From assembly GCF_000737315.1 (NCBI RefSeq), contig NZ_JMCB01000004.1, forward strand, positions 186,001 through 250,000: a stretch of 64,000 nucleotides of DNA, given 5' to 3'. A model generated the notes under the pieces. The model worked only from the letters and a program-made list of their open reading frames with translations, was not told where the DNA came from and did no database searches. Of this stretch, positions 1 through 9,389 are shown one piece after another. This stretch comes from Hyalangium minutum. Its GTDB lineage: Bacteria > Myxococcota > Myxococcia > Myxococcales > Myxococcaceae. Each line of letters begins with the position of its first letter. Position 1 is the first letter of the stretch. A program made the position numbers and the translations under genes.

Positions 1-2995
1 TGCGGGCGTAGGGCGCCAGCACCGTGCCGCGGATGCCGAAGCTGGAAGAGGTGATGCTGGTGGTGTCCACGAAGTTGTAGAGGATGTTGCGCGCGTCGAT
101 GCCGCTGCTCAGCTGGTAGCCGAAGTTGCGCAGCGTGGCCGAGGCGCCGCGGATGTTGATGATGACCATCGAGCCGGCCGGCACGTTGATGTTCAGCAGG
201 GCCGCACCGTTGAAGGCGCTGGCGTTCACGTTGAAGATGTTCGTCGTCGTGCTCGTGCCGCGCAGGAAGATGCCGCCCCAGGACTCGCGCGTCGTCGTGC
301 CGTTGGCCGTCTGGTTCGCCAGGTTGGTGGACAGGGTGCGCAGCTCCGCGAACTTCGCCGCGAAGTCGATGGGCGTGCCCTTGGCCAGGCTGCCCCGGGC
401 GATCGTCACGCCCTGGTTGGCGCTGTAGTTGTTCCCGTAGAACGTGTTCCCGTACACCCGGCCGTTGGCCAGCGTCAGGTTGCCGCCCGCCACCAGCACG
501 TTGGAGATGTCGCTGGCCGCCAGGCTGCCGCCCACCGCGAAGTTCGTCATGGAGATGTTGCCGCCCGCCGCCACCTTGCCCTGGACGTCCACGCCCTGGG
601 TGTAGTCCTCGAGGAGGAAGAGGTTGTAGTCGCTCAGGCGGATCTGGGTGCAGGTGGAGCAGGGGCCCACCGTCAGCGGGCGAACCGCCGTGCCCACGTT
701 GCCCGCGGCGTCCGCCACCCGGTAGGTGACCGTGTACTGGCCCGCGCGCGTCTGGTCGAGGTTGCTGGTGGTGGTGATGGTCTGCGTCAGGTTCCCCGCG
801 CACTGATCCGACGCCGTGGCGCCCGGATCCACGTAGGGCGAGCCGTTGCACGCGACGGTGGTGGCGCCAGCGCGCACCTGGATCTGCGGAGCCAGCGTGT
901 CACGCACCGTCACCGAGCGGGAGGCCGCCGCCGTGCCCGTGTTGCCGGACGGATCCACCGCCTTGTAGCTCAGCGTGTAGGTTCCCAGCTGCGCCGTGTT
1001 GACCGAGCCCAGGGTCTGCGTGGCCAGAGAGCCCGCGCACGCATCGCTCGCCGAGGCACCCGGATCCACATAGGCGCCCGAGCCGCACTCCACCTGCGCG
1101 TTCAGCACGCCGTTGATCGTCACCGTGGGGCTGAGCGTGTCCGCCACCGTGATGACGCGGCTGGCCTCGGGGGCCGCGTGGTGGGACGGATCGCTCACGT
1201 TGTAGCGCAGGACGTAGGCGCCGGGGACCTGCGGGTTCACCGTGCCGCTGCGCGTGATGGAGGCCGACAGATTCCCCGCGCACCGGTCCGAGGCCGAGGC
1301 GCCGGACTCGGTGTACGCCGTGCCGCACTCCAGCTGCTGGTTGATCAGCCCGTGGAGCGTGATGGCTGGCGCCAGCGTGTCGGCCACGGCCACCGTGCGC
1401 GTGGCAGGCTCAGAGGTGTTGCCCGCCGAGTCCGTCGCCACGTAGGTCAGCGTGTAGTTCGCGCTCGGCACCTCCAGGTTCACCGAGCCCGTCCGGGAGA
1501 TCTGGTCGCCGTACAGAGGGCCCTCGCACAGGTCGCTGGCGGGAGCACCCGGGTCCGTATAGGTGGCGCCCTTCGTGCACTCGAGCGTCTCCACCGCCAG
1601 GCCGTTGAGCTCCACCTGCGGCTTCACCCGGTCCAGCACCGTCACCACCGCCTTGCACGAGGACTGGAGGCCCTCGCGATCCGTGCACGTCAGGTACACC
1701 TCCGTCTCGCCGATGTCATACGGGCCCGTCGGGCTCTGCGTGCAGCCCGCCATGTCACCGTCCGGATCGCTAGAGCCCTGGTCCACCACCGCGGTGACGC
1801 CGCAGGTGTACTCTGCCACCACCGTCACGTCCTGGCAGCGCGCCACCGGGGGCCGCGGCAAGGTGGGCGGAGGCGTCTGCTGCGAGCGCTTGCAGAACGA
1901 GGTGCAAGTCCCCACCCGGCCCTCGGTGTCGCCGCTGCGGCCGTTGTGGATGCCCTCGTCGCACTCCTCGCCGAACTCCGTGTCCACGTGGCCGTCACCG
2001 CACCAGTTCATGTGGCACGAGAAGGAGCATGTCGAGGAGGCCAGCGTCCCCGTCTGCGCGGGGGTGCCGTTCAGCCAATCGCCCATGTCGCACTCCTCAC
2101 TCGAGGGCGCCTCAGAGAGTCCACAGCCCGCTCCCAGCGTCATGGCGCCGCGCACCAGCAGGTAGGGCGTGCCCGTCAGGAACGTCTCCGTGCCCGGATC
2201 CATCAGGAAGTCCGACATCACCTGCTCGCCGGGGATGGGTCCGTCCGAGGAGCTCAGCGCTATCGCGGCATACGAGAAGTTGCGCTTCGGGTAGCCGGTG
2301 AACACCGAGCGCGCCACGCAGCCGTTGTCGCCGCTCAGCTGGCCGTCCATCAGGTTCTGGGAGACCAGGTTGTTGTACATCTCGAAGATGTGGCCGGAGC
2401 TGGGGCAGCTCGCCATGCCCTGCACCGTGAAGGTGCCGAACGGCTCCAGCAGCTTCACCTGCGTGGGCGCCTGGGCATTCTCGTACGCGCAGCCCAGCGC
2501 GATGTACATGCCCGTGCGGTACTGCTGCGAGTTGAGCACGTGGCTGATCGCGTTCTCCACCAGCTGCGGCGTGCCATTGGTGACCGGATCCGTGCTCAGG
2601 ATGGCCACGTCACCGTCGACGATGATTCCCCAGCGGTCGCGCGTGTCGATCGCAGCCTGGAAGGCGGCCTCGCCGCTCTGGCACGCCCCATCACCGATGA
2701 TGAGGGCGCGGTAATCCATGAACTGATGCGCCGTCATGGCCCGCCACTGCTCCGGCGTCACCACGTCGATCTGAGTGAACGGAGAAGCCGCGGCCACCGC
2801 CTGTGCCTCGCGGCTCTCCAGCCCACCCGAGACGCTGCTGCCCAGGATGAGGACCTTGTCGCCGCTGCGCATCTGCTGAGAAGAGGTGCTCGGGGCCGCC
2901 GGGGCCGCCGAAGGCGTCGGAACTGCCGCCTCCCGGCCACACCCGAAGGCCGCCAAGGTGGTGAGCAGCCACCCGGTTCGGAGGAAGGAGCGCAT
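1..2995 (-). CDS. Large secreted lipoprotein (partial, runs off left edge): N-terminal unknown domain, Cys-rich myxobacterial repeats, four Ig-like (DUF5011-type) repeats, C-terminal choice-of-anchor A domain
   Basis: Not in the ORF track because there is no stop inside the window. ATG at 2995 reads MRSFLRTGWLLTTLAAFGC (lipobox). Continues through CGDGHVDTEFGEECD, repeats starting D(T/R)xxPxIxLxG with YxDPGAxAxDxC, and YNLFLLEDYTQGVDVQGKVAAGGN...GTVLAPYA, typical of choice-of-anchor A. Confidence 0.85.
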   Translation of the reverse strand, partial: MRSFLRTGWLLTTLAAFGCGREAAVPTPSAAPAAPSTSSQQMRSGDKVLILGSSVSGGLESREAQAVAAASPFTQIDVVTPEQWRAMTAHQFMDYRALIIGDGACQSGEAAFQAAIDTRDRWGIIVDGDVAILSTDPVTNGTPQLVENAISHVLNSQQYRTGMYIALGCAYENAQAPTQVKLLEPFGTFTVQGMASCPSSGHIFEMYNNLVSQNLMDGQLSGDNGCVARSVFTGYPKRNFSYAAIALSSSDGPIPGEQVMSDFLMDPGTETFLTGTPYLLVRGAMTLGAGCGLSEAPSSEECDMGDWLNGTPAQTGTLASSTCSFSCHMNWCGDGHVDTEFGEECDEGIHNGRSGDTEGRVGTCTSFCKRSQQTPPPTLPRPPVARCQDVTVVAEYTCGVTAVVDQGSSDPDGDMAGCTQSPTGPYDIGETEVYLTCTDREGLQSSCKAVVTVLDRVKPQVELNGLAVETLECTKGATYTDPGAPASDLCEGPLYGDQISRTGSVNLEVPSANYTLTYVATDSAGNTSEPATRTVAVADTLAPAITLHGLINQQLECGTAYTESGASASDRCAGNLSASITRSGTVNPQVPGAYVLRYNVSDPSHHAAPEASRVITVADTLSPTVTINGVLNAQVECGSGAYVDPGASASDACAGSLATQTLGSVNTAQLGTYTLSYKAVDPSGNTGTAAASRSVTVRDTLAPQIQVRAGATTVACNGSPYVDPGATASDQCAGNLTQTITTTSNLDQTRAGQYTVTYRVADAAGNVGTAVRPLTVGPCSTCTQIRLSDYNLFLLEDYTQGVDVQGKVAAGGNISMTNFAVGGSLAASDISNVLVAGGNLTLANGRVYGNTFYGNNYSANQGVTIARGSLAKGTPIDFAAKFAELRTLSTNLANQTANGTTTRESWGGIFLRGTSTTTNIFNVNASAFNGAALLNINVPAGSMVIINIRGASATLRNFGYQLSSGIDARNILYNFVDTTSITSSSFGIRGTVLAPYAR
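670..1640 (-). repeat. Four tandem ~80-aa Ig-like domain repeats within the CDS
   Basis: The motif (c/g)agcgtgt recurs at about 894, 1134 and 1374 (240-nt period), with a fourth repeat boundary near 1630. Ends are approximate. Confidence 0.75.
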
Positions 2996-3318
2996 TGTTG
3001 GGAGACCCACAGGATTCCAGGAGAGGGACAGGCGCATGAGCAGGGTTCCTTCTTCTTGGTTTCTAAGAATTCGATTAAATCTCGGAAGACCGTGAGATAT
3101 TGAATTCCAGAGAATGATTCCTGTTCAGGCGGATAATTGCAAGCACACCTGAAATAAAGAGCTGGCGGAAGGTGAGCAGAGCCGCCGCCATTTCCCCAGG
3201 GCCTCACCGTGTGTAGCGCGGTGTCCCCGCAGCGGCTGCGGGCCGAGTGTTCCAGTGTATGGGGAATGTTGACATCGCTGTGGCAGGCCCCAATAGAGGA
3301 AGGAGCAAGGAGCGGCCC

Positions 3319-4044
3319 ATGGGACAGCGGTTGGGTGTGAACGTGGATCACGTGGCGACGCTGCGGCAGGCGCGGCGCACCACGTATCCGGATCCAGTCA
3401 CGGCGGCGGCGCTGGCGGAGCTGGCCGGCGCGCAGCAGATCACCATCCACCTGCGCGAGGATCGCCGCCACATCCAGGACCGCGATCTGCGCATCCTCCG
3501 GGAGACGTGCCAGACGCTGCTGAACCTGGAGATGGCGGCCACCACGGAGATGGTGAAGATCGCCTACGAGTACAAGCCGGACGTGGCGACGCTGGTGCCC
3601 GAGCGCCGCGAGGAGCTCACCACCGAGGGCGGGCTCGACGTGAACGGCCAGCGCGAGCACGTGGCCAAGATCATCAAGAACCTCAAGGACGGGGAGATCA
3701 CCGTCTCGCTGTTCATCGATCCGGACCTGGATCAGGTGCGCGCGGCGCACAAGGTGGATGCGGATCGGATCGAGCTGCACACCGGCCGCTACTGCGAGGC
3801 GCGCAACGAGCGTGAGCGGGGCCGGGAGCTGAGCCGCATCATCGATGCCTCCAAGGCCGCCGCGAAGCTGGGCATGAGCGTGGCCGCGGGCCACGGGCTC
3901 AACTACGACAACGTGCAGCCGGTTGCCCGCATCCGGGAAATCGACGAGCTGAACATCGGGCACGCCATCGTGGGCCGCGCGGTGCTGGTGGGCTTCGAGC
4001 GGGCGGTGCGGGAGATGCTGGAGCTGATGCGCAACCCGGGGTAG
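3319..4044 (+). CDS. pdxJ: Pyridoxine 5'-phosphate synthase
   Basis: [50 protein letters not shown] at 3319 chosen over the upstream ORF-track start. Confidence 0.97.
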   Translation: MGQRLGVNVDHVATLRQARRTTYPDPVTAAALAELAGAQQITIHLREDRRHIQDRDLRILRETCQTLLNLEMAATTEMVKIAYEYKPDVATLVPERREELTTEGGLDVNGQREHVAKIIKNLKDGEITVSLFIDPDLDQVRAAHKVDADRIELHTGRYCEARNERERGRELSRIIDASKAAAKLGMSVAAGHGLNYDNVQPVARIREIDELNIGHAIVGRAVLVGFERAVREMLELMRNPG

Positions 4045-4046
4045 CG

Positions 4047-4424
4047 ATGGCGATCGTCGGCCTGGGGATGGACATCTGCTCGGTGGAGCGCATCCAGCGC
4101 ATCCTGCAGGGGCCTCGTGCCGAGCGCTTCCTGGAGCGCGTGTACACGGATGCTGAGCGCGCCCTGTGCAGCGAGCGGGCGGACTCCGCGAGCGCCTATG
4201 CCGCGCGCTTCGCCGCGAAGGAGGCCCTGGTGAAGGCGCTGGGGGCTCCGCCGGGGATTCGCTGGCGGGACATGGAGGTAGTGCGCACCGGTGGCATGCC
4301 GCGCTTCACCGTGTCCGGCGTGGCCCGCGAGGTGATGGAGCAGCGGCGCGTAGAGGCGCTGCTGACGATGACCCACGACGCAGGGGTGGCTGCGGCCACC
4401 GTCATCCTGCAGGAGCGGCCTTGA
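4047..4424 (+). CDS. acpS: Holo-ACP synthase
   Basis: IVGLGMDIC, AARFAAKEALVKALG, MTHD. Follows pdxJ, as is common. Confidence 0.95.
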   Translation: MAIVGLGMDICSVERIQRILQGPRAERFLERVYTDAERALCSERADSASAYAARFAAKEALVKALGAPPGIRWRDMEVVRTGGMPRFTVSGVAREVMEQRRVEALLTMTHDAGVAAATVILQERP

Positions 4425-4425
4425 G

Positions 4426-5958
4426 ATGCAGAGCGCCCTGACCGCCGCACAGATGCGCCAGGCAGAGCAGGCCGGCGACGACCAGCTGGGGATGTCCTCG
4501 GCGCTGCTCATGGAGAACGCGGGCCGGGCGCTCGCGGACGCGGCGCGGAGCGTGGTGGGGCCGCAGGGGCGGTTCCTCGTCGTCTGCGGGCCAGGGAACA
4601 ACGGCGGCGATGGGTTCGTGGCGGCGCGGTTCCTCCTGGAGGGCGGGGCCCGGGTGTCCGTGGCGCTGGTGGGCGACAAGTCGAGGATGTCCGCCGAGGC
4701 CCAGCGCGCCATGAAGGGGCTCGTGTCGTTTGGCATCGCGCCGCAGCCGCTGGAGGCGCTCTCGCGGCCGAGGGCCGGAGACGTGGTGGTGGATGCGATC
4801 TTCGGCACTGGGCTGAACCGTGCGCCCGCGGGCCCTTTCGCGGAGGCCATCTTTCGCATCTACCGGTGGCGCAGGATCGGCGTGAAGGTGGTGGCCGCGG
4901 ACGTGCCCTCGGGTTTGCAGAGCGACACGGGGGAGGCCTTCCTTCCGTACCTGGAGGCGGACATCACCGTCTCCTTCGGGTTCCTCAAGCGCGGGCAGGT
5001 GGTGGAACCGGGGGCCTCGCTCTGTGGTGAGCTGCGGCGGGTGGACATAGGCCTGTCTCCGGTGGCGCTCCAGGTGGTCACCGGGCCTGTGCTGCGGGTC
5101 GTGGAGGAGGCGGATGCCCGTGAGGCGCTGCCAGCCCGGCGTTCGGACAGCCACAAGGGGACGTACGGGCACGTGCTGGTGGTGGCTGGGAGCCGGGGTA
5201 AGTCCGGCGCGGCCGCGCTGGTGTCCCGGGCGGTGCTGCGCTCGGGCGCGGGGCTCGTCTCCGTGGCGACGCGAGGGGATGTCTTGGATGCCGTGCTGGC
5301 TCACTCGCCCGAGGTGATGGGGATCCCGATGGAGCGAGCCGGAGCACTCGGGTCCGCGGATCTCAACATCCTGCTGGAGGCCGCTGAGGAGAAGGATGCG
5401 CTCGTCATCGGTCCCGGCATTCCTCGCGGGCCGGAGACGGGCAAGTTGATCGGCGAGCTGCTCGAGCGCGTGGATGCACCCGTGGTGCTCGATGCGGACG
5501 CGCTCAACGCCGTGGCCTCGGATCTGGCGGTGCTGCGCCGCGCGAAGAAGCCCGTCATCCTCACGCCGCACCCGGGGGAGATGGCCCGGCTCACCGGACG
5601 CTCCACCAAGGAGGTTCAGGCGAACCGGCTGGAGGTGGCGCGAGGCTTCGCGACACAGCACGGGGTGACGCTCGTCCTCAAGGGATCTCGGACGATCATC
5701 GCGAGCCCGGATGGCGAGCTCTTCGTGAACCCGACGGGGAACGCGGGCATGGCCACGGCGGGGGCAGGGGATGTGCTCTCCGGCATCTGCGGAGCGTTCC
5801 TGGCGCAGGGAATCCGGGCACCCGATGCAGCCTGGGCCGCTGTCTACGCCCACGGCCTCGCGGGAGATCTCGCTGCGGCCCGGAGAGGGAAGGTGGGGCT
5901 CATGGCCTCGGATATCGCCGAGGGACTGTGCGACGTCTGGACGCGGTGGGGAAGATGA
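4426..5958 (+). CDS. nnr: Bifunctional NAD(P)H-hydrate epimerase/dehydratase (YjeF family)
   Basis: GPGNNGGDG, DAIFGTGL, DVPSG, SHKGTYG, DADALN, TPHPGEMARL, GAGDVLSG. Confidence 0.95.
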   Translation: MQSALTAAQMRQAEQAGDDQLGMSSALLMENAGRALADAARSVVGPQGRFLVVCGPGNNGGDGFVAARFLLEGGARVSVALVGDKSRMSAEAQRAMKGLVSFGIAPQPLEALSRPRAGDVVVDAIFGTGLNRAPAGPFAEAIFRIYRWRRIGVKVVAADVPSGLQSDTGEAFLPYLEADITVSFGFLKRGQVVEPGASLCGELRRVDIGLSPVALQVVTGPVLRVVEEADAREALPARRSDSHKGTYGHVLVVAGSRGKSGAAALVSRAVLRSGAGLVSVATRGDVLDAVLAHSPEVMGIPMERAGALGSADLNILLEAAEEKDALVIGPGIPRGPETGKLIGELLERVDAPVVLDADALNAVASDLAVLRRAKKPVILTPHPGEMARLTGRSTKEVQANRLEVARGFATQHGVTLVLKGSRTIIASPDGELFVNPTGNAGMATAGAGDVLSGICGAFLAQGIRAPDAAWAAVYAHGLAGDLAAARRGKVGLMASDIAEGLCDVWTRWGR

Positions 5959-6431
5959 GTGCGCCCTCGCTGACGCGCACGCTGCGCTCGGAATCTCCCG
6001 AGGAGACGCACCGGATGGGCGTGCGCCTGGGCGAGCTGCTCCAGCCTGGGGACTTCGTGGGGCTGATCGGCGATCTGGGCGCAGGCAAGACGCACCTGGT
6101 GCGCGGCGTGGCCGAGGGCGCGCAGGTGGCCCGCTCCGAAGTGGCCAGTCCCACCTTCGCCATCGTCTATCCGTACCGGGGACGCATTCCGCTGTACCAC
6201 GCGGACCTCTACCGCATCGCGGACTACGACGAGCTGTACGCCACCGGCTTCCTCGATCTGATCGGAGGCGATGGCGCGGTGCTGGTGGAGTGGCTGGATC
6301 GCGTCCCCCAGGCCGCGCCGCGCGAGTACCTGCGGCTGACACTGCGGCCCGTGGCGGACGATGCGCGCGAGCTGCACGCCGAGGCCTTCGGCTCCAGGCC
6401 CGCGGAGCTGCTCTCGCGCTGGGCTCCCTGA
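5955..6431 (+). CDS. tsaE: tRNA threonylcarbamoyladenosine biosynthesis ATPase
   Basis: GDLGAGKT, SPTFAIV, LYHADLYRI, VEWLDR. ATG at 5955 overlaps the nnr stop. Confidence 0.95.
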   Translation: MSAPSLTRTLRSESPEETHRMGVRLGELLQPGDFVGLIGDLGAGKTHLVRGVAEGAQVARSEVASPTFAIVYPYRGRIPLYHADLYRIADYDELYATGFLDLIGGDGAVLVEWLDRVPQAAPREYLRLTLRPVADDARELHAEAFGSRPAELLSRWAP

Positions 6432-6448
6432 GCCGGTGTGACTCGGCC

Positions 6449-7273
6449 TCAGCCCACCACGGCGAGATCCGAGAGGCGCCAGCGATGCAGCGTCAGCCCG
6501 CTGTCCACTCCGACCACCTCGTCCTCGGAGACCTCGTTCCACGCGGTGTGGTTGCCGCACAGCGCCTCGCTGGCGATGAGCAGCTGCTCCACCTTCACGC
6601 CGTTCTGGAGCCGCGCCATCGCGCACGACTCCGAGCGCCGCCCGTCCGACAGGTACAGCGTGCGGTTGCGGCGCGTGGCCACCATCACCTCACCGTTGGT
6701 GACCAGGAAGTTCATCGCCGAGCGATCCTGCCCTGGCTGATCCGTGATGGATGCCACCAGTTGCATCGTCTCGGCCAGCGACGCCGCCACGTCCTCCACG
6801 CGCGCCGTTCCATCCAGCGAGGTCCGCGAGGCCATCCGCGTGAGGAAGACGTGGAAGCAGCGCTCGGAGTCCGTCGTGCCGTGGATGTTCGGGCGCAGAT
6901 CCTCGCTGATGAGCGACTCCACCGCTCGGCGGTGCTGCTCGAAGTTCTTCAGCGTCCCGTTGTGCACGAACGACCAGCGGCCATACAGGAACGGGTGCGA
7001 GTTGCGCATCTCCACCGCTCCCACCGAGGCCAGCCGGATGTGTGCCACCACGGTGTGAGAAGACACCAGGCTGCTCACCCGGAGGAAGTCTGGATCGCTG
7101 TGAGCCGGGCCGACGCCGTGCGCGACCTTCGGGCTCGGATCCACACCATACGCCGCGATTCCCCAGCCATCCTTGTGCTCGCGCGACTGGATGACGAGCG
7201 AGTTCTTCTCGGTCACAAGGGCCGGATGAACGGCGGCGGGAACAGCAGAGCGGAAACCAAAAAGGCGGCACAT
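6449..7273 (-). CDS. Class II glutamine amidotransferase / Ntn hydrolase (YafJ/EgtC-like)
   Basis: N-terminal MCRLFG (Cys nucleophile), HKDGWGIA, AHIRLAS, NSHPF, HNG, GTTDSE. Real start is the ATG at 7273. Confidence 0.9.
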   Translation of the reverse strand: MCRLFGFRSAVPAAVHPALVTEKNSLVIQSREHKDGWGIAAYGVDPSPKVAHGVGPAHSDPDFLRVSSLVSSHTVVAHIRLASVGAVEMRNSHPFLYGRWSFVHNGTLKNFEQHRRAVESLISEDLRPNIHGTTDSERCFHVFLTRMASRTSLDGTARVEDVAASLAETMQLVASITDQPGQDRSAMNFLVTNGEVMVATRRNRTLYLSDGRRSESCAMARLQNGVKVEQLLIASEALCGNHTAWNEVSEDEVVGVDSGLTLHRWRLSDLAVVG

Positions 7274-7377
7274 AGCGTTCGACCAACAGAATGATAACGG
7301 CCAACCCCGGCCAACGATAAGACGCCTATCGGGCCGAGCAAGGTTCACTATCAAGAGGTCGTCACTCCCCCTCTTAT

Positions 7378-8643
7378 TCACTCACACAGGGCCGCACCGT
7401 CGCGCACGAGCAGACGCCCGTATTTCAACACCGCCCGAGCGTGGTTCACTCCAAGGTGGTAGGGCAGATGCCGATAGTTTGTGCACGAAAAGATCACGAG
7501 ATCGGCCACGTCTCCCACCGCCAGCCGCCCGTGAGAGGGCAGGCCCAGGGCCAGAGCGGCACCTCGGGTGGCCGCCCAGTACACCTCGGCCGCCGAGAGC
7601 CCGTTCTCCAGGCAGCCGAGCCCCATGGCCAGCGGAAGATTCTCTGACATCGCCGAGCCGGGATTGATGTTGGTGCCCAAAGCAATGTTGACCCCAGCCT
7701 CGCGCAGCTTTCGGCCCGGGGCGTAAGGGCGCATGCGTACGAAGAGGGTGGAGGTGGGAACGAGCACGGCGGTGACGTCCGCGGCCGCCAGCGCGCGGAT
7801 GCCCGCCTCGCTCACGTTCTCCAAATGGTCCACGGTGGCGGCGCCCAGCTCGGCGGCCAGCTCCGCACCCCCGCCCGAGGTGAGCTGATCCCCGTGCAGC
7901 CGAGGCCGCAGCCCCAGCGCCTTCGCGGCGGTGAGCAGCCGGCGCGCATCGTCCGGGGTGAAGGCGCTCTGCTCCACGAAGATGTCGCAGAAGCGCGCGA
8001 GCCCCTCGCGAGCCACGGCCGGGAGGATCTCCTGGACGCACAGCTCCACGTACGCTTCGCGGCGGCCCTTGAACTCCTCGGGCACCGCGTGGGCGCACAG
8101 CAGCGTGGGCACCAGCTCCACGGGTGACAGGCTCGCCAGCCGGCGCACCACCCGCAGCATCTTCAGCTCGTTCTCGACATCCAGCCCGTAGCCGCTCTTC
8201 ACCTCGGCCGTCGTCACTCCGTACTCGAGCAGGCGCTGGAGTCGGGGCAGGGCGAGGCGCACCAGCTCTTCCTCGCTCGCGGCCCGCGTGGCGCGCACGG
8301 TGCTGACGATGCCACCGCCCGCCTGGGCAATCTCTAGATACGTGGCGCCCTGGTTCCGCAGATCGAACTCACGGGAGCGCTCGCCCGCGAAGACCAGGTG
8401 CGTGTGCGGATCCACGAAGCCTGGGCCCACCATGCGGCCCTCGGCGTCCAGGATCTCCGTGCTCGGCGTGACAGCCCCAGGCGGCAGATCTGGCTCCTGG
8501 CCGACCCACGCTACGCGGCCTCCGCGCACGCCCACGCACGCTCGGGGCCGAGGCGTGAGGGCCTGCTCGGCGGGCTCTCGGTGCGAGCCCTCCACGGTGA
8601 GGACCTCGGAGGTGTTACGGACGAGAAGATCCAGCGGTTCCAT
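7378..8643 (-). CDS. hutI: Imidazolonepropionase
   Basis: PGFVDPHTHLVFAG, EVKSGYGL, CDIFVE, LHGDQL, DHLE, GTNINPGS. Confidence 0.96.
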   Translation of the reverse strand: MEPLDLLVRNTSEVLTVEGSHREPAEQALTPRPRACVGVRGGRVAWVGQEPDLPPGAVTPSTEILDAEGRMVGPGFVDPHTHLVFAGERSREFDLRNQGATYLEIAQAGGGIVSTVRATRAASEEELVRLALPRLQRLLEYGVTTAEVKSGYGLDVENELKMLRVVRRLASLSPVELVPTLLCAHAVPEEFKGRREAYVELCVQEILPAVAREGLARFCDIFVEQSAFTPDDARRLLTAAKALGLRPRLHGDQLTSGGGAELAAELGAATVDHLENVSEAGIRALAAADVTAVLVPTSTLFVRMRPYAPGRKLREAGVNIALGTNINPGSAMSENLPLAMGLGCLENGLSAAEVYWAATRGAALALGLPSHGRLAVGDVADLVIFSCTNYRHLPYHLGVNHARAVLKYGRLLVRDGAALCE

Positions 8644-8646
8644 GGC

Positions 8647-9381
8647 TCACCGTGCCCAGCGCCCGCCGAGGATGGGGGAGTTCCAGCCCTTCTCCCCGGG
8701 AGCCTTCACCCGGCCCGCGCCTCCGGACAGCTCGAATTGATCCACCCTGCCCAGCGGCAGCTGCACCACCGCCGCCGCGCCGTAGAACAGCGGCGTCGCA
8801 CGCTCGTTCTGCGAGAAGACCCGGTGGATGCCCAGGAAGGGCACGATGCCCAGACAGACGCGCTCCTCGGGGGAGGCGTAGATGGCCAGGGAGGTCTCCG
8901 CGCCGAAGATGCTCCCGGGGCCGCCGCGCGTGTCGATGCCGAAGTCCGTCGCGCCGCGCACTACCACCGAGGGCGCCACGCCGAACGTGGGCGTGCCGTA
9001 CCAGCTCGACAGCCCCAGGTAGACGCCATAGCCGGGCAGCGGGAGCGGATAGTAGATCTCCCCGTTCACGCCCAGGTGCAGCGCGAGCTTCTCCGTGAGC
9101 GGCTTCTGCACCGCGAAGTCGTAGGCTATCGACCATTGCTGCGGGGAGAAGCTGGCGCCGTTGCCGGCGAAGGGCTGCGTGCTGTCGAAGCGCGCGGCGA
9201 GCGGCGCTGACAGGCGAGGACCGCTCCTCAGGCCCGCCTGGAGCAGGCTCTGGTCCGGGTGCCCCGGCCCCAGCCGCATCACCATGGGGCTCACGGTGGT
9301 GGGGGCACAGCCCGCCAGCCAGGCCAGCGCCACGAGCGCCACCACCCCCCAGCCTCCATGTCTCGGGAAGGGTGTCTCCAT
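8647..9381 (-). CDS. Hypothetical lipoprotein, beta-strand rich
   Basis: ATG at 9381: METPFPRHGGWGVVALVALAWLAGC (lipobox). Lies 8 nt from hutU and 3 nt from hutI. Confidence 0.75.
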   Translation of the reverse strand: METPFPRHGGWGVVALVALAWLAGCAPTTVSPMVMRLGPGHPDQSLLQAGLRSGPRLSAPLAARFDSTQPFAGNGASFSPQQWSIAYDFAVQKPLTEKLALHLGVNGEIYYPLPLPGYGVYLGLSSWYGTPTFGVAPSVVVRGATDFGIDTRGGPGSIFGAETSLAIYASPEERVCLGIVPFLGIHRVFSQNERATPLFYGAAAVVQLPLGRVDQFELSGGAGRVKAPGEKGWNSPILGGRWAR

Positions 9382-9389
9382 GCCGTGCC

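Noticed and set aside
670-1640. Periodic sequence as a CRISPR array or non-coding repeat
   Set aside because: The 240-nt period is in-frame protein domain repetition; there are no identical short repeats with unique spacers and no cas genes in the window.
4047-4424. AcpS as the dedicated PPTase of the PKS-NRPS cluster
   Set aside because: It lies in the housekeeping pdxJ-acpS context about 38 kb away; NRPS carriers are usually primed by Sfp-type enzymes.
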